From Selaginella moellendorffii (Eukaryota; Plantae; Lycopodiophyta), in contig NW_003314339.1 in assembly GCF_000143415.4 (NCBI RefSeq), positions 613,751 to 677,750 of the forward strand: DNA of 64,000 bases, read 5' to 3'. Shown one piece after another: positions 48,419 through 63,868 of the stretch. Each line of letters opens with the position of its first letter. Within the stretch, counting starts at the first letter, position 1. The notes under the pieces were generated by a model, which searched no databases, was not told where the DNA came from, and was given only the letters and a program-made list of their open reading frames with translations. A program made the position numbers and the translations under genes.

Positions 48419-48751
48419 AGATCATCATCAAGCAAGGCTTCCAGTTCTACCTATTTTGCCTATTTTGCTTTGTTGTTGTTCTAGCACATCACACGGAATG
48501 TTAAAAGGTTTGATCATCGCGTGGGCTGTTCTCCGCCGTAGGATGAATCGTCGTTGCCGCGCTGGAAAGTGTAGGCGTGTTGGCACGGATAAAAACTTAG
48601 TAACTTAGGGTTTGTGGACGAGAGCTAGGAGCGAGCGATCCACACGCTAGCCCGATGTAAGTGATGTCGATCTAAGGCCGCCCTCGGGCGCGCCTCTTGC
48701 TGCTAGATAGATTGGAGGCTAGATCGCTAGGAGAGAAGGGGAGGGAATAAA

Positions 48752-50415
<1,664 letters not shown>

Positions 50416-50510
50416 GACGGACGACGACACCGTACAGTGATCTCTCTACACTTAAACGTATATAAAAAAACGTGTGACAGCCTTTTGAAAGTGAAAAAGT
50501 GTGTAGTGTT

Positions 50511-51250
50511 CTAGTCCCAGATCATGACCACCGCTATGACGGCGGCGCCAAGCACGACCGCCAAAAATCTGTAGAATGATGTGTCCCAGAATGATGCGCG
50601 ATCGGGAACAAATCCTTTGGCCAGGAGATGGTTGATGGCTACGTAGACAAAAACTCCACACGCGATTCCCATGGAGATGGCGTAGATCCAATCCGCGGCC
50701 GCTCCCTGAGCCGTGGAGTCGATGATGATCCCAATGGCGACGCCAATCGGCGTGGAGATGGCGAATGCGAAGGAGTAGAGCGAGGTGGAGAGCAAGGGCC
50801 TGTTGGGCATGATCTTGAGCAGCGCGATTCCCATGGCGATGGCGGCAAATAGCTTGTGAAGGCATATCGTCCACAGATTCCTCCATGCGTCTCGCTCGGT
50901 CGCTGCGAAGCACAATCGATCACGAGGACGCATGAGATGGATCGTCAACCAGCTTGCCTGCAATGCCGATCGCGATTCCCTCAAACACCGAGTGGAAGCA
51001 AAGAGCGATGATGAGTAGCAAGCTATCGCCGAAGGACGCCTCCTTGACGATGGCGGGTGCGGTGACGATGTTCTTCATGTTGAGAGTGTTGTCTCCCTGG
51101 AAATTTGCAGCATTTTGTCAGTGTCGGCCTAGAAGAAACACGACTTCACTTACAACAGTAGACCCTCCTTGGTGAGATCATCGCCTTTCCCCGACGATCA
51201 CAGCGGAAATGAGGAAGAAACGAGAGAAGCACGTAGCGATGACTTACCAG
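50511..51250 (-). CDS. ZIP transporter 3' part (redundant copy, truncated by a gap)
   Basis: Near-identical to 52715-53454. Confidence 0.75.
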
Positions 51251-51350
51251 NNNNNNNNNNNNNNNNNNNNNNNNNNNNNNNNNNNNNNNNNNNNNNNNNN
51301 NNNNNNNNNNNNNNNNNNNNNNNNNNNNNNNNNNNNNNNNNNNNNNNNNN

Positions 51351-52619
<1,269 letters not shown>

Positions 52620-52714
52620 GACGGACGACGACACCGTACAGTGATCTCTCTACACTTAAACGTATATAAAAAAACGTGTGACAGCCTTTTGAAAGTGAAA
52701 AAGTGTGTAGTGTT

Positions 52715-53954
52715 CTAGTCCCAGATCATGACCACCGCTATGACGGCGGCGCCAAGCACGACCGCCAAAAATCTGTAGAATGATGTGTCCCAGAATGATG
52801 CGCGATCGGGAACAAATCCTTTGGCCAGGAGATGGTTGATGGCTACGTAGACAAAAACTCCACACGCGATTCCCATGGAGATGGCGTAGATCCAATCCGC
52901 GGCCGCTCCCTGAGCCGTGGAGTCGATGATGATCCCAATGGCGACGCCAATCGGCGTGGAGATGGCGAATGCGAAGGAGTAGAGCGAGGTGGAGAGCAAG
53001 GGCCTGTTGGGCATGATCTTGAGCAGCGCGATTCCCATGGCGATGGCGGCAAATAGCTTGTGAAGGCATATCGTCCACAGATTCCTCCATGCGTCTCGCT
53101 CGGTCGCTGCGAAGCACAATCGATCACGAGGACGCATGAGATGGATCGTCAACCAGCTTGCCTGCAATGCCGATCGCGATTCCCTCAAACACCGAGTGGA
53201 AGCAAAGAGCGATGATGAGTAGCAAGCTATCGCCGAAGGACGCCTCCTTGACGATGGCGGGTGCGGTGACGATGTTCTTCATGTTGAGAGTGTTGTCTCC
53301 CTGGAAATTTGCAGCATTTTGTCAGTGTCGGCCTAGAAGAAACACGACTTCACTTACAACAGTAGAACCCTCCTTGGTGAGATCATCGCCTTTCCCCGAC
53401 GATCACAGCGGAAATGAGGAAGAAACGAGAGAAGCACGTAGCGATGACTTACCAGCGGTGGCTGTGGCGGCCTCGGCATCGCGTAGCTTGGCTGGATCAG
53501 CGTGGTGGCGAGAAGCATCGGTCCTGGAGTAGACGCTGGAGATGATGCAATCGCCGAGCATGGTGAGCAAGTAGCCGGCGGTGGCGAGCATGTAAGCAAA
53601 AGGATAGCTTTTGCTGGTCCTCTCCTCGAATGTCTCATTGGCATCGGAGAGGAAATGCATGAGCGCGGTGCCCAGGAAGACACCGCCGGCGAATTGCGTG
53701 CCCAGCACCAGAAAAGACGAATGCCAGCGGAAGAAGTAGGGCGAGATTCCAGACAAGAAGGTCGCCACGAACGCGATGATCAAGCACCATACCTTGGTGA
53801 GAATGAGACCCTTGTCTCGCAAATCGTGATCAGCTGCAGCAGCATCCGCATCCGCATCATCGTCATGGGATCCGCCGTGGGATTGCGCCGCGCCGAGGTG
53901 GAGGAGGATGATCCCCGCCCAGAGCAGCAGGGCGGCGCTGATCCATCGCGCCAT
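52715..53954 (-). CDS. ZIP family metal transporter, ZIP2/ZIP11-like
   Basis: SHGG N-terminus, [57 protein letters not shown]-type end. Confidence 0.93.
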
Positions 53955-54063
53955 ACCTAAGACAAGCTTTCAACTTAGCCTTTGAACTTCCAAACCATGG
54001 GAATGGGATAGGATTTATCGATAGCTGAATTATTCTGCTAGAGCCGGGCGCAACACGCCAACT

Positions 54064-54108
54064 GTACTCCAGTACACACACGTTGTGCCGATCGCTAGTA
54101 CAAAGTAC
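54064..54108. promoter_or_regulatory. Cluster of four GTAC cores (candidate copper-response elements) upstream of the ZIP2-like gene
   Basis: GTAC at 54064, 54072, 54098 and 54105, i.e. 110-155 bp upstream of ATG 53954. Confidence 0.55.
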
Positions 54109-54158
54109 AGCCCTAGTAGAAGTTTCAACGCCCTAAAACAGAGCACTGCAACAGTGGA

Positions 54159-55075
54159 GCCTCCCGTTAAACACCATCCTGTTTCAGTCTCTCTCCACCT
54201 AGCTGGCAATGATGTGGCATGATTACATGGCATTTCTCTCTTTCCACTCCCGTCCGACTCTCTCTCTCTGGTGCTGCCACACAACATTACTTCCAAACAC
54301 TTTAACTTGGACCAAAGTCTCTTTCACAGAACAGAGATGAGAGAAAAGGGGGTTCTTTTACTTTGCGTCCAATGCCAACCAGTGTGTACGTATCTCTCCT
54401 TTTGCTTTGCTCCTCTAGATTGGCAGACTTTGGGATACCCTCTTCTCTAGGGGGTTTTAGGTTCTTCTCTGGAATGGAAATGCTGGTCGACCCAAGCAGC
54501 AGCAGCAGCAGCAGCTAGATTGAAAGTGCTCTTTTTTTTTGCTCTCAAGGGGCAGCTACAATGATCATATGGAAGTTTCTATGAATTTGTGGAGTTTAGT
54601 GGTACTATTAGCTCTGGCTTTATGGAATATGGGCATGCTTCTTTGCACAGTGGAGCTTGTAACTATTTCTACAGTGTGTTCTCCTCTTGGATCATCCTTA
54701 GTCTTATTTTTCCAACGGATGCCTTGCAAGCTTTCAAGCATGCTCTTGGGGATCCATTGGAACTTCGCAGGTGGATGGGCGATGATCTTTGCTCAGCTTT
54801 ATCATCATGGAGAGGAATCAAATGTGGTGGAGATAGACATGCCATTGTCTCACTGTTCAAGTTCTTTTCTTTCTCCATGAAAGACGCACAATGGAAAAAA
54901 ATGTTTCCAAACTCCAGACGTCAAAGAAGTGCCGGTCAAAAGCGGAGAAAGACCACAGTCGTCGGGCGGATAGATGCAGACGGGAGTGGAAAGAGAGAAA
55001 TGCCATGTAATCATGCCACATCATTGCCAGCTAGGTGGAGAGAGACTGAAACAGGATGGTGTTTAAACGGGAGGC
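54159..55075. mobile_element. Non-autonomous Mutator-like element carrying a gene fragment (Pack-MULE-like)
   Basis: ~97-bp TIRs (54159-~54255 and ~54979-55075). 9-bp TSD AACAGTGGA at 54150-54158 and 55076-55084. No transposase. Confidence 0.9.
54581..54855 (+). pseudogene. Captured LRR receptor-like kinase 5' fragment (signal peptide + LRRNT cap)
   Basis: MNLWSLVVLLALALW..., then in a shifted frame DALQAFKHALGDPLELRRW.GDDLC...SWRGIKC...IVSL. Confidence 0.7.
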
Positions 55076-56729
55076 AACAGTGGACCGACGACTTCGTTTA
55101 CGACCGCGAAGTCTCGTTTGAATGCCCCTCCGTAATTCATGGTGCTTGATCCAGGCAAAGCTGCGTCGGCCGCCGCATTTAGTCAAAGGCGGTGGAAAGA
55201 TCGGATAGATGTGGTTACGCTCTCTTCTCCACGTGAACTATTATACTACTTCTAACTGAGCTCACGATTGAATTGAATTGGATTGGATTGGATGGGTGGG
55301 GTTTTTGATATTTCCCAAAGGTGATCCGAGGTGGGTGCTGGCTGGCGGTGCGACAGCCTTTTCATTCCTGATCGAGAGAGAGGAGGAATAGAAAATCTTC
55401 TGCATTTGACGGTTGTTGAAAGGATCAGGTGTACGCATGGGACGGACATTTGCTCTTGCTCCGCGATTGGTCACTGCCCTGGCGGCGTACGAAAGGAACG
55501 CAAAAAAATAGAGAGAAGAACTCCGCTCACCTCCCCAATTCCCGGGGGGAGGGCTCCTCCTCCCCCGTTTGTTGCCGAGTCGTCAAGGAATGAATTGCAC
55601 CCCCTCACCAAACAATAGACTGGAAATCTAAAAATAAAGAAGCACCGCTTTGTGTTATCCGTAGCTCAAAAGATCGATCGAAATGGGATCTTAAGTGATG
55701 GTAGAGTTCAAAAGACTGGTCACAATGGGATCTTATACCGCACGATAATCTCTGCCTTCGTATTTGCTTAGCTTTATGAAGTTGAAAATGCAAATTTATG
55801 TCCAGTGGGGCTGGGCATGGGACTCGCTCGCTCAGGTACAGCCTCAACTCTGCTTTCCCTTTCTTTATTAAAAGAGAAAAGAGAAAAGAGAAAGAGAGGA
55901 AGAAGCTGGGATTCCTCTATGCGTATGCCGCAGAAGTCCGACTAAATGGATTGACATTTGCGAGCTCAACGTAAACATCACCGAAAGTTTCTCCGCAATT
56001 ATTTATGCTCAGTGGAGAGGAGACGAGCAACAAGAAATTGGCGTACTGTAGACGCTCAACGCAAATCAAAGCAAGACTTACTTTGGTTGAAAGTGAAGAA
56101 CTCGGCCAGCCAGCTAGCCGGGCAAACAAAACAGCGTGGGCTGGCCGGGCAAAAAATTTACATTGCTTTGTTTTTGCATGGCCACCTTTCATGCCACGGA
56201 CAATGGCTGCGGCGGTCTTTGGGTTGACCAGAGCGTACGCAGCGCCGGTCAAAGGAGCCAACCGGGATGCAGCTCAATAGCGACGCAGACAGTGCTGAGT
56301 GCGACGGATGGCGCAGAGCTATTTCGCCCTAATGCGTACGTACGCAATGTACGGTTCCGAAAGGACAGAGGGGAAAATGCTACAGCTGCCGCGCCGCATG
56401 TTTGATGTGAGACATGGGAAAAAGGAAGAACCCGAAAATCTGAAATCTGGCACCAAACAGAGAGGGAGATTATGCTGGTGGATATTCCATTTCCCCCCTG
56501 GAGCTATAAATTTTCCCATTTTTGTTATCCAAGGAAGCCATTGGATTCGAAAGCCAAAATGCAGCTACAAATATACGCCGCTCTTAATTTAGGGGCCGCG
56601 TATACTTAGGCCCCAGGATGATCCATCCCTTTAGGTTGCTAGCTCTATCGCCAGGACCAAGGATTCCAATCGCAGCTCTCGCAAAGTGGTGGAAGTTATA
56701 AGATCAGGAAGATCGAGAGGAGCTCAGCT

Positions 56730-57850
56730 ATGGTGTGGGCGCTGCTGGTGCTCCTCACCATCTTGTTGCCGGCGATGCACTCGTGGGCTCCCGCGGCCGA
56801 GGCCATCCGATCTTCCCAGTTCGGGCAGCAGCAGCTCTTCCACGAGGCTCCAGCGTTTCGAAACGGCAAGGAGTGCCCGCGGCAGAGGCTAGATCCAGCG
56901 CAGCGGCCCGGGTGGTGCCATGATCCGGGCGCGATTCACGTAGCAATGACGCTGGATCGCGCCTATCTCCGCGGCTCCATGGCCGCGGTGCTCTCCATCG
57001 TCCAGCACGCGGTCTGCCCCGAGAGCATCGTCTTCCACTTCCTCATCGCGTCGCCCGGGCATGATCACCATCCCGAGGAGCTGCCCATGGACGCGCTCCA
57101 ATCCGTGGTGAAGCAGACGTTCCCGTACCTCAGGTTCAAGGCGTACGAGTTCCAGGAGGCGCTGGTCCGCGGCCGGATCTCCTCCAGCGTGCGCTCCGAC
57201 CTCGAGCAGCCCCTCAACTACGCGCGGAACTACCTGGCGGCGATGCTGGACGAGTGCATCCACCGCGTCATCTACCTCGACTCCGATGTGGTGGTGGTGG
57301 ACGACATTGCCAAGCTATGGCGGACGGAGCTCCGGGACGGCCACGTCCTGGGCGCCCCGGAGTACTGCGCTGCCAATTTCACCAGGTACTTCACGCCCGC
57401 CTTCTGGAGCAACGAGACGCTGGCGTCCACCTTCGCGGCCAGGTCCTCCACGCCCTGCTACTTCAACACCGGCGTCATGGTGATGGACTTGCGCGCGTGG
57501 CGGCGCGGCGGCTATACCGCCATGCTCGAGGCCTGGATGGACGTGCGCAAGGAGAGCAAGATCTACGAGCTGGGATCGCTGCCCCCTTTCTTGCTGGTGT
57601 TCGCGGGCGAGGTGGAGGCGATCGAGCACCGGTGGAACCAGCACGGCCTGGGCGGGGACTGCGTGGTGGGCAGCTGCCGGGATCTCCACCCGGGGCCAGT
57701 GAGCTTGCTGCATTGGAGCGGCAAGGGCAAGCCATGGGCGCGCCTGGATTCGGGCACGCCATGCCCGCTCGACAGCCTCTGGGCTCCCTATGATCTCTTC
57801 CGCTACCGCCATCGCCACCCGCAACTGGCGCTCGCGCTCTCCATGGTGGC

Positions 57851-57854
<4 letters not shown>
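56730..57854 (+). CDS. GATL: Galacturonosyltransferase-like (GATL, GT8), intronless
   Basis: [66 protein letters not shown]. Confidence 0.95.
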
Positions 57855-57888
<34 letters not shown>

Positions 57889-57906
57889 CAGAGAGGGAGA
57901 GGGAGA
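57853..57906 (+). repeat. (GA)n microsatellite starting at the GATL stop codon
   Basis: Directly visible. Confidence 0.9.
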
Positions 57907-58100
57907 TTCGTGAGCACCGGTGGGCCGGCGCGATCCGTCGCTGGATCGCATCCCACATTCTTGGATTTTGGATTCTTGTTCTTGTTCTCCTTCCTGGGTT
58001 GTAGAAGGGAGCAACCATACATACATTATAGGTAAAAGCAACAGAAGATTGAGACTTCTTCCATGGTCGCCTTGCCCTAGCTCTAGCATCTACATTTGCG

Positions 58101-59652
58101 ATGGAGGAGGTCCAGAGCAAGCTCATGGCGCTCGACTACCCGCGAGCTTCGGTGCCGGCGCAATCGCTGCTCTACGCCGGCCTGGAGCGCTATGCGCTGC
58201 TCGAGTGGCTCTTCTTCAAGTAAGTTCTTGAGCTTTGCTCGCCCTTTCCACGCCACGCTCTCTGGGCATTTGGTGTTTGATTAGGCTCCTAGGGGATAAG
58301 TCGCCTTTCACGCAGCAAGGACCACAGGGCGATGGCACCGAGCGGGACGAAGAATCTGCGCGAACACAGCGTGAGCCCATTCTCGAATCCAGATTGTGAT
58401 TGTGACAAAGGCGACGACCTTTTCATCTCTTTCGCAGATTTAGCCGAGATCGCCCGGTTTCTGGGCTTGACACCGACTGTGGATCTAGACGCTGTCCAGG
58501 TAACTCTGGCTTAAAGTGTGTGGATTTTGTGGATCCGGCAAACCAATGCTCCTTCCACCACAGGGTAAAGGGAGCTACGAAAGTCGTGCCGAGATGCTGC
58601 GCTTGATTGTCAACCTGGTTGAGGCGAGCTGCGTCGCTGACAATCCGGAATGGAGGTTCGTGCTCTTTCCTCTCAAACCCGTATGAACGCCACCACCCTC
58701 ATCCTCGTTTCGTGCGTGCCTATAGTGTGGATGACCAGGTTGCCAAAGACATCCAGTTCCTTGATGCTATCTCGGAGAAGCAGGCCCAAGTTTTCTCCGA
58801 GGAATGCAAGCTCTTCCCGCCCGACGTACAGATCCAGACGAGCTTCCCAGTGTAAGTGACGCGTCTTGTGTCTGTCTGGTTAACGCTCGACCTTGACTTT
58901 GTTTGCAGGCCGGATGTGTCCGAGCTAGAAAACAAACTCGCCGACTATGTCAAGCACCTGGCCGATCTCCAGCAGGTTGTTGATGATCTGGCCTCGAAGG
59001 TGGGTTTCTCCTCTCGTTTTTTAATGCTTGAGCTTCATGTGCTGCTTTGACTCGGATCCAAAACCGCTAAGTTCTGCCATTGGTTCAGCAAAACTACAAC
59101 CCGAATGAAGACCATTCCGAGGCTGGGAACGAATTAAAGGCGCAGCTGGAATCTTTCCTCGAGACCGCCAAAGTATTCAATCATATATATTCAAAGGTGC
59201 CCGCGCTCTCCCTCTCTTTCTTTCGCTCTCGTACGATGTATGTTTGTTGTGATCACGTATACCCCGCAGGAAATACGACCCTGGACACACACGATGGAGC
59301 TGCCCCAGCTGCATGGATTGGGACCGGCTGCGAACCGGCTGTTGGAGTCGTATAAACTCCTCCTCAAGGTGAGAGACGTGAAAACCAATCAACTGTACTG
59401 AACCCTCCAATCCTCCGGTGGTTGCAGCTGCTTCGCAACCTTCGTAGCTTGCGGGACTCGCATGCGGCCATCGCCGCCGTCTCTGAAACTTCAACTTCTC
59501 CCACTGCCACCTCCGTGGAAGATGGTGCTGCTACCACTGCTCGCGCCGACGGCTCCCTCGAGAAGCTCGTGTCCGAGTGCGAGGAGGGACTCGTCGATCT
59601 CAACCGCGGGCTTGCGGTCCTCTCGGCCTCGGCGGCACGGGTGACAACATAG
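58101..59652 (+). CDS. AUG7: Augmin subunit 7
   Basis: [37 protein letters not shown]; DQVAKDIQ; [15 protein letters not shown]; KEIRPWTH; [13 protein letters not shown]. Confidence 0.9.
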
Positions 59653-60034
59653 TGGGCCATCGTACGGACGTGTGTACTTGGAGCAAAGCAGTTATCTGTT
59701 GGTGGATCCGACCAGCGGGGCACCGCGAGCTGAGTGGGGGAATTATGAGATGCGTCACCTTTCTGGGATGTCGTGGGCTCCAAATGGATCGGCCTCTCGT
59801 TCGCTCCCTCACTAGTCGGCGCCTACAGTGGCTCGAGCAATCATTTTTCTCTTGACTTTGTCACCGAGCAATGCTTTGCTTTTCGCGCTTGTGATCTCCT
59901 TGTCAGTCGCAGTCTCGGCTTGGGGCGGGTCGATTCAGGTTCGCAGAACTTCACTCCTGTTCGCAGCTTCTTTCCTTCCCATTTCTTCGCAAGCTTGAGC
60001 GCTCTAACGTTTCCTCTCCAGGGAGTGTGGTGGT

Positions 60035-60397
60035 ATGTCGGGTGTGTGGCTGTTTCGAGACGGCGTGGCCACGCTTGTGCGGAATCCGATGAAGCAACCG
60101 CTGGACAACTTCAAGGCTTGGGAGCCGCCAAAGAAGCAGCTCGTGTACCGGGCCACGAACGAAGTCATCACGTCTTTCGATCTGCTCGAGGACAAGCTTT
60201 TCGCGCTGGGATGGGAGAGGTGTGATTCCGAGGCGGAGGAGAGCCGGCAGTACTTTCGCAGCGTCAACGGGCCATACTTCATCTCGCTGCCGGCGGACTT
60301 CACCAAGCTGAAGACGACACACATGTATGACATTGTTGTCCAAAGCCGGACTGCGTTCGAGGTCCGCGATGTGCTCAAACACCACCAGCACAGCTGA
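60035..60397 (+). CDS. FPF1: Flowering-promoting factor 1-like protein
   Basis: MSGVWLFRDGV...NEVITSFDLLEDKLFALGWER...ISLPADFTKLKTTHMYDIVV...FEVRD. Confidence 0.9.
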   Translation: MSGVWLFRDGVATLVRNPMKQPLDNFKAWEPPKKQLVYRATNEVITSFDLLEDKLFALGWERCDSEAEESRQYFRSVNGPYFISLPADFTKLKTTHMYDIVVQSRTAFEVRDVLKHHQHS

Positions 60398-60404
60398 CAG
60401 TTAT

Positions 60405-62465
60405 CTATGCTTCGCTACGCTCGTCAGATGATCCTCCTCCAAGTCCGGACAGCCCCGCGCTGGGATTGGACCATATATGAGGACCACCCAAGTCCGCAAT
60501 GAAAAGATTTTCCAGAGTCATTTCGTTCCTCTCAATCTTGTCTCTGGCCTCTTGAATCGCAGAAGACGCGGCTTTCACCACCTGGTCTGTGGAACTTCCA
60601 GCAATGCCGGCGACTACAGTTAGATGTGGAGTTTGCGTGCTTAGCTCCTCCTCGTCTTCGGGCCTGGAGAACGATAACAGCGTCAGTGAGAACGCATATA
60701 TAGAAATTAGCGGATCAACGCACGTTTGAGGTGGCAAGTTGAGTCCCAATCTGTCAAACCATCCACTGGCTGTTGCCAAAAAACAAAACACAGCAGTCAG
60801 AACCAAAATCCAAGAAGAACTTCTTTACCTTTGTGAGGTTTCTTCTGTTCGTGGTGGCTGACAACGGCATTCTCCGTCTCAGATGTCACCCTGTAAGCAG
60901 CACGATATGACCCTTGTGAGAACAGCTTTCAAGAGTACCTTCGCTCGAATGAGTCCACTAAGATGGGAAAGCTCGGTTGGATTCCGGCTAGCATTCTGCA
61001 CCACTTGTTCCCAAAAATGGCTCTATCCAAGGTGTCTTGAAAATACATTTGTGCAGCCTTGGCCATGATCGACTCGAGCACAGAGCTCCATTCGTCCATG
61101 TCCTCTACAAAATCCTGAATCTGTGAACATAGAATATTTTATCAGTACGAAAATTCGCTAGGCAAATATACGTCTTGTGACTCCAGCATCTCGAGGTCAT
61201 CTTCAGCCATATCCGACGGGAAGTCGCTCACTTGATTGTGTCTTCGAGCCCGTCGATTTCGAATCAGTGACTGATAGTGATGTTCCATAGACGATCTAAT
61301 CACCCCGTCCAGCTCTTCCTTTTTAAAAAAATGTGGCCTGAACCTGTACCACGGCATTATATCTTACTCAAGGAAGAAAACGTTAACGTACCACCGCGCA
61401 CCACTAGGCCCAACGACAAGAATGCTCAAACAGTGAGATGTGAACACCGGAACACCTTGAAATTGTTGAGCGGCCTTTCCACCTTGCTCCTTCTTTATAA
61501 TGGTTTTGGCAAGATCTACCTGCAGGCATGGATGTGAGTTGTCACTTGATAAGCTGCGCAGCGCAGCTACCTGTTTTTTCGAAGGGATGAAACTAAACAG
61601 CGAAGGCCTTTCCTGTGAGCAAAACAAGCAACGTATTAATACAAAGAAAGAAACCAGTGTTGAGGAACTTTTTACCTTAAAGAACTTATATGCGAGATGC
61701 AAGGGAACGGAACCAATCTCCATGTCGGGCACCTTTAAGCGGTTGAGATACGCCTCTGGCATGACACAAGATAAAACACACGACCGAGTTTAGCGACGAG
61801 GCTTGTGTCGATCTCTCTATTTCACCTAGGACATGCAAAGCATACTTGCATCATCGTGATTGATATAGAAGTGAAACGCTGGGCCTTTGGAAGCCTCGAC
61901 GCGAAGTATCTTGGACAGAAACCTGTCACCATAGCACCATAATCCCGTAAAGAGGAGATTAGATGCATGCGAGCCTACCTCTTGACGAAAGAGCAAGAGA
62001 ATGGAAGGTCTTTGAGGTACCGCTTCTCTTCCACACCCACAAGGCAGCTGCGAGAGCTCGAGTAGAGGCCAAATACCTGTCCCGCGAAGCCCAGGCCCTT
62101 GCTGAAAACAAATCCATTCGGCTTGGCCGGCCTGGATTTCTCCTCGGTGTGTGCTCCGTGTGTGCTCGTGGAGCTCCCCAGATTGTGGAGTGTGACCAAT
62201 GGTACCAGGCTCTTGCTGTCCGCTCCAAGAGCGCTGGCGAGCTGGAAGAGACCATCCCGACGCTCTAGCCAAAACAAGAAGCTTCATGAGAGACAGCGAT
62301 GGAGCTCCAACAATACCTACGATGGTGGTGAAAATCCATCGCTGCATTGAGCACGGAGCACAGCGCGCCTCCAATGCATACCTTGCGGCAGCGGCCCTGC
62401 TGCGCCGTGGGGACGGGAATCCACCACAGCTCCTCCTCCTCCTCCTCGTCCAGCAGAATCGCCAT
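60405..62465 (-). CDS. Tic22-like family protein (At5g62650-type), multi-exon
   Basis: GPAFHFYI, LHLAYKFFKERPSLFSFIP..KQV, QGVPVF, PHFFKKEELD, GIQPSFPILVDSFER. The start is uncertain. Confidence 0.75.
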
Positions 62466-62501
62466 AGCCAAGTTCCCTAGTGAGGCTAGGGTTTCCAGCA
62501 A

Positions 62502-63784
62502 ATGAAGCGCAAGGCGGAGGGAATTGCCCTGCTCTCGCTCTACAACGACGAAGACGAGGACGACGATGGAGAGGAGGAGGAGGGCAAGGAGGCTGCCGCC
62601 ATTGTGGATTACGCGCACGACGAGGCGACAGAGGTGGAGGTGAGTGGTGGCATGGGTTCCAAGGCAGTGAGTTGCTCTGTTTTTTGCGCTAGGCCGCGGA
62701 GCTAGGAGTTTCGAAAGAAGAAGGAGAAGAAGAAGCTGGCGGCGCCACCGCCACCGCTGTGGCTCCGCCAGATCCAAATTCCTTTCCTCCAGAGCACCGA
62801 CAACAAGTCACGCCGCAACAAGAAGAGCTCGTGTGTCTCGACGAGAGCTTAGTCGCAGATTTTCTTCCATCTCCACCAACATGCAAGTGTTCTGACGAGC
62901 TACAGGTGGGTGTCTCCCTCTTTTTTCCTTCTCCTTTACGTGTTTCATCGTAGTTTTGCAGGACAAGTTCACCTGGTTCTTGTCGCTCAAAGATGCTGGC
63001 AGGAGTTTCAACGACGAGCTCCGAAACTCGAAAGGCTACCGGAATCCCGACTTCTTGCACCGTGCTGTAATCCACCAGGGCGTGGATCAGCTCGGGAGCT
63101 GCTTCAAGAAGGAGATATTTGATCCACATGGCTATGATCCCGAGGACTTCTATGACGCTCTCGGTAAGTATGCGTGCGCTCTCGGTACCTCGATCCTGAC
63201 CCGAGTCTTCTCTTCTAGCACTCGAGCAGAAACGGGAATTCGACCGTAGAGACATGGAGAGGAAGCAGAACCAGAAGCTGGAGTTTGTGCGAGCGAACAC
63301 TCTCGCTGCCGCCGCGAAGATGATGCAGCAGAAAGGTCTGTGGTACGTGTGGCACACAAGTTTGTGGTTTCTGATGGTGCAAAGCTTGTAGTAAACGTTA
63401 ACGCATCAATACCATCCTTGAACGAGGCGGCTGCTGCGGCTGCTCCAAAGCCTGAAAGCAGGACCAACAAGAAAAGCAAGTGGGATAAGGTGAGACTTTC
63501 TTTCTCGTTTCATGCCTTTCATTTTGCGTATTGTGTCGCCAATAGGTTGAGCCCGACTCTCGGAGCATTGGCGGTGCATCGTTGAGTAGCCAGAACGCTC
63601 TGGCCGCGGCTCTGGTGTCCGCAAATGCAGCTGCTCTGAATTTCGCGTACGTCTTTACGCTGGCTTTGAGTCTTGTGATTGATTGATTGATTGATGTGTT
63701 TCCAGACAAGCAGCTCAGGCTATCCAGGGGGTCCAGCAACACAAGCGGAAGGACGAGGACAGGCACGGCAAAAACCTCCGCTGA
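62502..63784 (+). CDS. SAP30-binding protein (HCNGP-like)
   Basis: GIALLSLYNDED; FLPSPP..KCSDELQ; SFNDELRNSKGYRNPDFL; GSCFKKEIFDPHGY...FYDAL; KKSKWDKV. Confidence 0.88.
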
Positions 63785-63844
63785 ACCTTCAAACGGAGAA
63801 GGGAATATTTAGGAATGTTCTTTTATCAAGAGAAATGGAGGCCA

Positions 63845-63868
63845 AGGGTTTAGGGTTTAGGGTTAGGG
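63845..63868 (-). promoter_or_regulatory. Tandem telo-boxes (interstitial TTTAGGG repeats)
   Basis: agggtttagggtttagggttaggg, probably upstream of a gene running off the window end. Confidence 0.5.

Noticed and set aside
55150-56600. ORFs, a 42-bp duplication and short palindromes upstream of GATL
   Set aside because: No recognisable protein motif, TIR/TSD pair or RNA gene could be supported.
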